NCBI GenBank assembly: GCA_965198175.1
Contig: OZ240245.1
Coordinates: 2,656,001 to 2,720,000, forward strand
DNA: 64,000 nucleotides
Direction: 5' to 3'
Origin: Candidatus Poribacteria bacterium
Lineage (GTDB): Bacteria > Poribacteria > WGA-4E > PCPOR2b
In this document: positions 60,093 through 64,000 of the stretch, in pieces
Numbering within the stretch: the first letter of the stretch is position 1
How the letters are laid out: every line of letters begins with the position of its first letter
Translations under genes and position numbers: made by a program
The notes under the pieces: model-generated
Seen by the model: the letters and a program-made list of their open reading frames with translations, nothing else
Databases searched by the model: none
What the model was told of the DNA's origin: nothing

Positions 60093-62006
60093 CTATTTTT
60101 CATTCACTCTGGCTTGTTGAATCGCTTTAAACCCTTCCAGATATAAAGAGTTGTAGGGTTGAAGCGCCAACGCTTCCTTCAAAGCCGCTTCCGCGTTTAC
60201 ATAGTCTCTGTTCAGATAGTAAATCCATGAGAGTGTATTGAAGTAGGCTGCCGAATCCGGTCGAAGTTCGACCGATTTCTGAGCTAGTTCGACCGCCTGA
60301 TCCAGGTGAATGCCTTGAACTCCATACAGATATGCGAGTCGTTCATAGGCTTTAGCTGACGAAGGCTGCAGGGCGATTGCGCGTTCATACACTTCTTTTG
60401 CCAGAAAAAACTTCTCCTGCTCCAAATAAATATCACCCAGATAATTGTGCGCATCGCCTATGTTAGGCTGCGCTTTCACCGCAGCATTCAGCCGTTCAGC
60501 TGCCTTATCCAGACGTTGTTCCCGAAGTGCAATTATTCCGAGAGCATAATGAGCCTCCGCGAAATTGGGGTCTTTCTTGAGCACTTCCTGATATTGGCGA
60601 CTCGCCTGGTGGAGTTTTCCCTCACGCAAATATAATTTCCCGAGCACAAGCCGAACTGGCGTTTGATCCGGCTGAAGAGATAAGAGTCTTTCATAAGCCT
60701 CTGCGGCCTGCTGAAAGCGGGAGAGTTTGAAGGCGATACTCCCCATGTTCAGCAATGCCTCTGGGAAATCGGGTTGCAATTCGATTGCGTTACGATATGC
60801 TGAGAGAGCGAGATTATAGTCCTCTTCACTTTGGGAAATCTCAGCTTGTTTGAGCCAAATTAGTCCCAGACCGGCGTGTGCTGCGGCCATCTGAGGTTTT
60901 AACTCGATTAGCCTCCGCTGTGCCTTGAGTGCTTTCTCAAATCGTCCCTGCATCGCGTGGACATAGCCTAGCCCGTTATAGGCATCCGCTAGATTTGGAT
61001 CGTGCCATAGGGCTTTTTGAAACTTCAGAATTGCTTCGTCAAACTTCTTCTCCTTCACGTATCGTTGGCCGAGATTGAGGAAAGCCACAGCCGTCTCGGC
61101 GGTTTGAGTAAAGGCGTCGCGTTGTACTTCAAATTGGATTGATGCAGCCTTCAACTGCTCAAACCTTCTCATCTCTGTCGTCGCTTCAGCCGTTTTGCCC
61201 TGTTTAAAATATAACTGTGCCAACTGATAACGTACTTCAGGCAATTGTGGATTCAGACGAATTGCCTCACGAAGTGCGCGCTCTGCCGCATCCCACCGCT
61301 GTCCTTTTACGTAAGCGACCCCGAGCTGGAAATACACCTCCGCCCTAGAAGAATCTATCTCAACAGCTCGCAGCCAACACTCAGTGGCTTTGTCAAGAAG
61401 TCCACGCTGGAACGCAATAAGACCAAGAAAGTAGCAGACGCCCGCTGGTGACAGCACATCCATAGTCGCGTTCCATTCTTGGCTTTCACTCCTAAAAGGG
61501 GAAGGGGATACGATATACTGCGGAGTGTCCAAAGACAACATCAACGTACGCGCCTTTGTGAAAGCAATCTCAGCCTCTTCGTGATTGTGTCGCCGGAAGT
61601 GAGACAACCCCAAAGCCGCGTACGCCTCTCCCCAATCAGGAAATACCTGAAGTGCTCGCTGAAACACGTCGATAGATCGTTCATTTTTCTCCTGCAGAAA
61701 ATAGATTCCTCCCAACCAATAATACCCGGCTGCGTCCTGCGGGGCTAAATGCACCACGTTTTCGAATGCTGCTTCAGCCTGTTCCATGGAAGCAACAGCT
61801 AGATAAACGAAGCCAAGCTTCAGATGCGCCTTTGCTGACATTGGGTTTTCATCAATATCCCGCTGGTATCGCGCTGCGATTTCAGCAAAATCCACCCCAA
61901 CTCTTGCCTGGGTGAATGGCGTCCAGGCTATCCCCACAAAGACAACCAACACCAAGTTGGAGACATAGAACTTGTTATTTTTGTTGTGAAAGGCAAGTGG
62001 AGGCAT
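60093..62006 (-). CDS. Tetratricopeptide repeat protein (exported)
   Basis: Paralog of 23743-25722 (KALWH.PNLA, SQSE.DY.LA, AY.NTLSW). Confidence 0.9.
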   Translation of the reverse strand: MPPLAFHNKNNKFYVSNLVLVVFVGIAWTPFTQARVGVDFAEIAARYQRDIDENPMSAKAHLKLGFVYLAVASMEQAEAAFENVVHLAPQDAAGYYWLGGIYFLQEKNERSIDVFQRALQVFPDWGEAYAALGLSHFRRHNHEEAEIAFTKARTLMLSLDTPQYIVSPSPFRSESQEWNATMDVLSPAGVCYFLGLIAFQRGLLDKATECWLRAVEIDSSRAEVYFQLGVAYVKGQRWDAAERALREAIRLNPQLPEVRYQLAQLYFKQGKTAEATTEMRRFEQLKAASIQFEVQRDAFTQTAETAVAFLNLGQRYVKEKKFDEAILKFQKALWHDPNLADAYNGLGYVHAMQGRFEKALKAQRRLIELKPQMAAAHAGLGLIWLKQAEISQSEEDYNLALSAYRNAIELQPDFPEALLNMGSIAFKLSRFQQAAEAYERLLSLQPDQTPVRLVLGKLYLREGKLHQASRQYQEVLKKDPNFAEAHYALGIIALREQRLDKAAERLNAAVKAQPNIGDAHNYLGDIYLEQEKFFLAKEVYERAIALQPSSAKAYERLAYLYGVQGIHLDQAVELAQKSVELRPDSAAYFNTLSWIYYLNRDYVNAEAALKEALALQPYNSLYLEGFKAIQQARVNEK

Positions 62007-62401
62007 CTCATGTCTTCGTGAACGTATGGTTCTATCTCAACAAGCAATAAGTCAACACCCACATCTACTTCATCCGGGGCGATTTAGGAAACTTCAAATT
62101 TGATTTAGTCTTTCCTCTCTGCTGCGAGAGAGTATTATAGATTGCGGCTGTTGAGTTTGGTGTGGATTCGTGTCATCGGTAATTATAGCATGACGCCCAA
62201 AAGGAGATCAAGCGTGAAAATTAAATCGCAGCTTTAGCCCATCCGGCTAATTTTCGATTGACACCAGTTTTCTTTTTTGCTAAGCTGACAAAACACCATC
62301 AACAAAGCCCATTACCCGAAAAACAAGATGCGCCATGTCAAGAGCAAATGCTTTAGCCTATCAATGCGTTGGTCTTATTGAATCCAATAAGGAGCTTCAT
62401 C

Positions 62402-63187
62402 ATGCCTAACTTCAAACTAACACAACAACAACTAAATTTCATGGATACCTTTGGTCATCTGCACTTTCCCGGTCTGCTTAGTGACCGGATTGACCAGATT
62501 ATCGAAGCCTTTGAACAAGTTTGGTTGGATTTAGAAATAGAACACCCTGAAACACAGCGTACTTACATTGTACCGTTCATCGGACAAAGTGAATATCTCA
62601 GTTCGCTCCTTGATGATGATCGAATCGATGGCATTTTCAGCAGCATTCTAGGTGAGGACTATGTGTACTTGGGTAGTGACGGGAACTTCTACAGCGGTGA
62701 TAGCGGATGGCATTCCGATGGCGGCTGGCCGCGTCCGATTCGTTACTGCAAAATGGCGCTCTACCTTGACCCGCTGACTGCTAATACGGGCGCTTTGCGA
62801 TTCATCCCCGGCAGCCACAGATACGGAGAACTGTACGCTGAGACGATACAGCAGGGGGTTGCTACCTTAGGAGAAACCTATGGAATCGATGGTCCCGCTG
62901 TTCCCGCAGTTGCAATGGAGACACAGCCGGGAGATGTTGTCATATTCAACCAAGGCTTGAAACACGGTTCATGGGGAGGTAGCACGCAGCGTCGCATGTT
63001 TACGATTAACTGTAGTTATCGGTATAAAGAAGATCAGATGGATCTTCTGCGGAAAGAGGTCGGCATGACAATAGGTCGCGGCGGCAGGATTTACGGGGAA
63101 AAAATGCTCGCGACAGCAGGCTCACGGCGGCTCGTACATCTTGAACAGCCTTTAGCTATAGCACCTGACGGCGTGCCTTCGGGCTAG
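62402..63187 (+). CDS. Phytanoyl-CoA dioxygenase (PhyH) family Fe/2OG oxygenase
   Basis: GWHSD, LYLDPL...GALRFIPGSH, PGDVVIF....HGS, RR. AGGAG RBS. Confidence 0.88.
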   Translation: MPNFKLTQQQLNFMDTFGHLHFPGLLSDRIDQIIEAFEQVWLDLEIEHPETQRTYIVPFIGQSEYLSSLLDDDRIDGIFSSILGEDYVYLGSDGNFYSGDSGWHSDGGWPRPIRYCKMALYLDPLTANTGALRFIPGSHRYGELYAETIQQGVATLGETYGIDGPAVPAVAMETQPGDVVIFNQGLKHGSWGGSTQRRMFTINCSYRYKEDQMDLLRKEVGMTIGRGGRIYGEKMLATAGSRRLVHLEQPLAIAPDGVPSG

Positions 63188-63512
63188 AGCGGTTCGACAT
63201 AATCACGCTGCCCTAATGATTGGATTGCGCTCTGATAATCTACTCATGTTACCTTGCACAGACGAGATGTTTAAGCAATTCAATCATGATAATTGGTTCA
63301 ACTAATCCCATTTGACGGGTAATTGTTTCGAGTGCAATTCTCAACGGACGGTTTTTCGTTCTAGCAGCCATAGAATTCTAGTTTGTGTCTGCGTTAGCCG
63401 TTTCAACCGTCGTGATTATCTTTAGACGCCCTATCTGCTGCTGTAAGTGGCTGCGGGACGATAACACACTAGTTCTTAATAAGTTACACTGTGGCAACAA
63501 GGAAAACAAACT

Positions 63513-64000
63513 ATGCAATTCATTATGTTCACAAAACATCTAGTAGGTCTAGATATTCTCAACATAATCAAAGCGCTACAATCAATTGGTGTATTAGGAG
63601 CAGATCTTTGCGTTCGCCCCGGTTATCCAGTGAATCCCGAAAATGCCGAGAGACAACTGCCTGTGGCCGCCGAACAATTCAGGAATGAAGGGTTATCAAT
63701 ACCACTTGTGACGGCGCCAACCGGTTTTACGGATCCAGAACAAGCAGACCTCCAGCGCCTATATTCAGCTTGTGCGAAAGCGGGTGTCCCCAATATAAAA
63801 CTTGGCTACTGGAAATGGTCGAAGGATAAAGGAGGGTATTGGGCGATTGTAGACCAAATTCGCAGGCAGCTTGAATGTCTTCAGGAACTTTCTGTGAAAT
63901 ATCGGATCAAGACTTGTATACACAATCACTCTGGATGCATAATGGGACTGAACTCGTCCGCGGTGATGCACCTCGTTAAAGGATTCGATTCTTGCCACGC
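63513..64000 (+). CDS. Sugar phosphate isomerase/epimerase (xylose-isomerase-like TIM barrel), partial; runs off window
   Basis: Not in the ORF track because there is no stop. Reads MQFIMFTKHL...GADLCVRPGYPVNPE...IKLGYW...CIHNHSG; AAGGA RBS. Confidence 0.8.
   Translation, partial: MQFIMFTKHLVGLDILNIIKALQSIGVLGADLCVRPGYPVNPENAERQLPVAAEQFRNEGLSIPLVTAPTGFTDPEQADLQRLYSACAKAGVPNIKLGYWKWSKDKGGYWAIVDQIRRQLECLQELSVKYRIKTCIHNHSGCIMGLNSSAVMHLVKGFDSCH

Overview
Bacterial chromosomal window with no rRNA, tRNA or CRISPR array seen. The gene content (LamG and Kelch exported proteins sharing a C-terminal ..WGxxK motif, TPR + CRTAC1/ASPIC pairs, a PhyH dioxygenase, many small palindromes) suggests Candidatus Poribacteria; this is inference only. 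Housekeeping-type genes are purL at the left and purQ, hisC, a modA-modB fusion, a TPR/beta-barrel/ExbB/TonB cluster, RNase Z-like, arsS-like, mtnP and OmpA/DUF4398 genes at the right. They flank a ~32 kb accessory region (about 4.1-36.3 kb) with four parts. (1) A decayed integron-cassette-like stretch with an attC-like site. (2) A tandem duplication joined exactly by a defective ISL3 element. It carries four LamG lectin-like paralogs whose central loops look shuffled by gene conversion. (3) Three paralogs of an unknown ~600-aa family, a Kelch protein and a polytopic membrane protein. (4) The best candidate for an undescribed system: a defence-like locus. It encodes a type IIG/Eco57I-like m6A methyltransferase, then a TIR - ~16xTPR - TaqI-like target-recognition-domain (TRD) fusion whose TRD is a paralog of the methyltransferase's own TRD, then a translationally coupled ABC-ATPase-HEPN-like (PrrC/RloC-like) protein. 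The locus is punctuated by TGTCTGAATCACGGATT/AATCCGCGATTCAGACA palindromic elements that also bracket a GxxExxY nuclease pseudogene. The methyltransferase and the ATPase each carry a single +1 indel in a homopolymer. All domain calls come from motif recognition by eye; no database searches were run.
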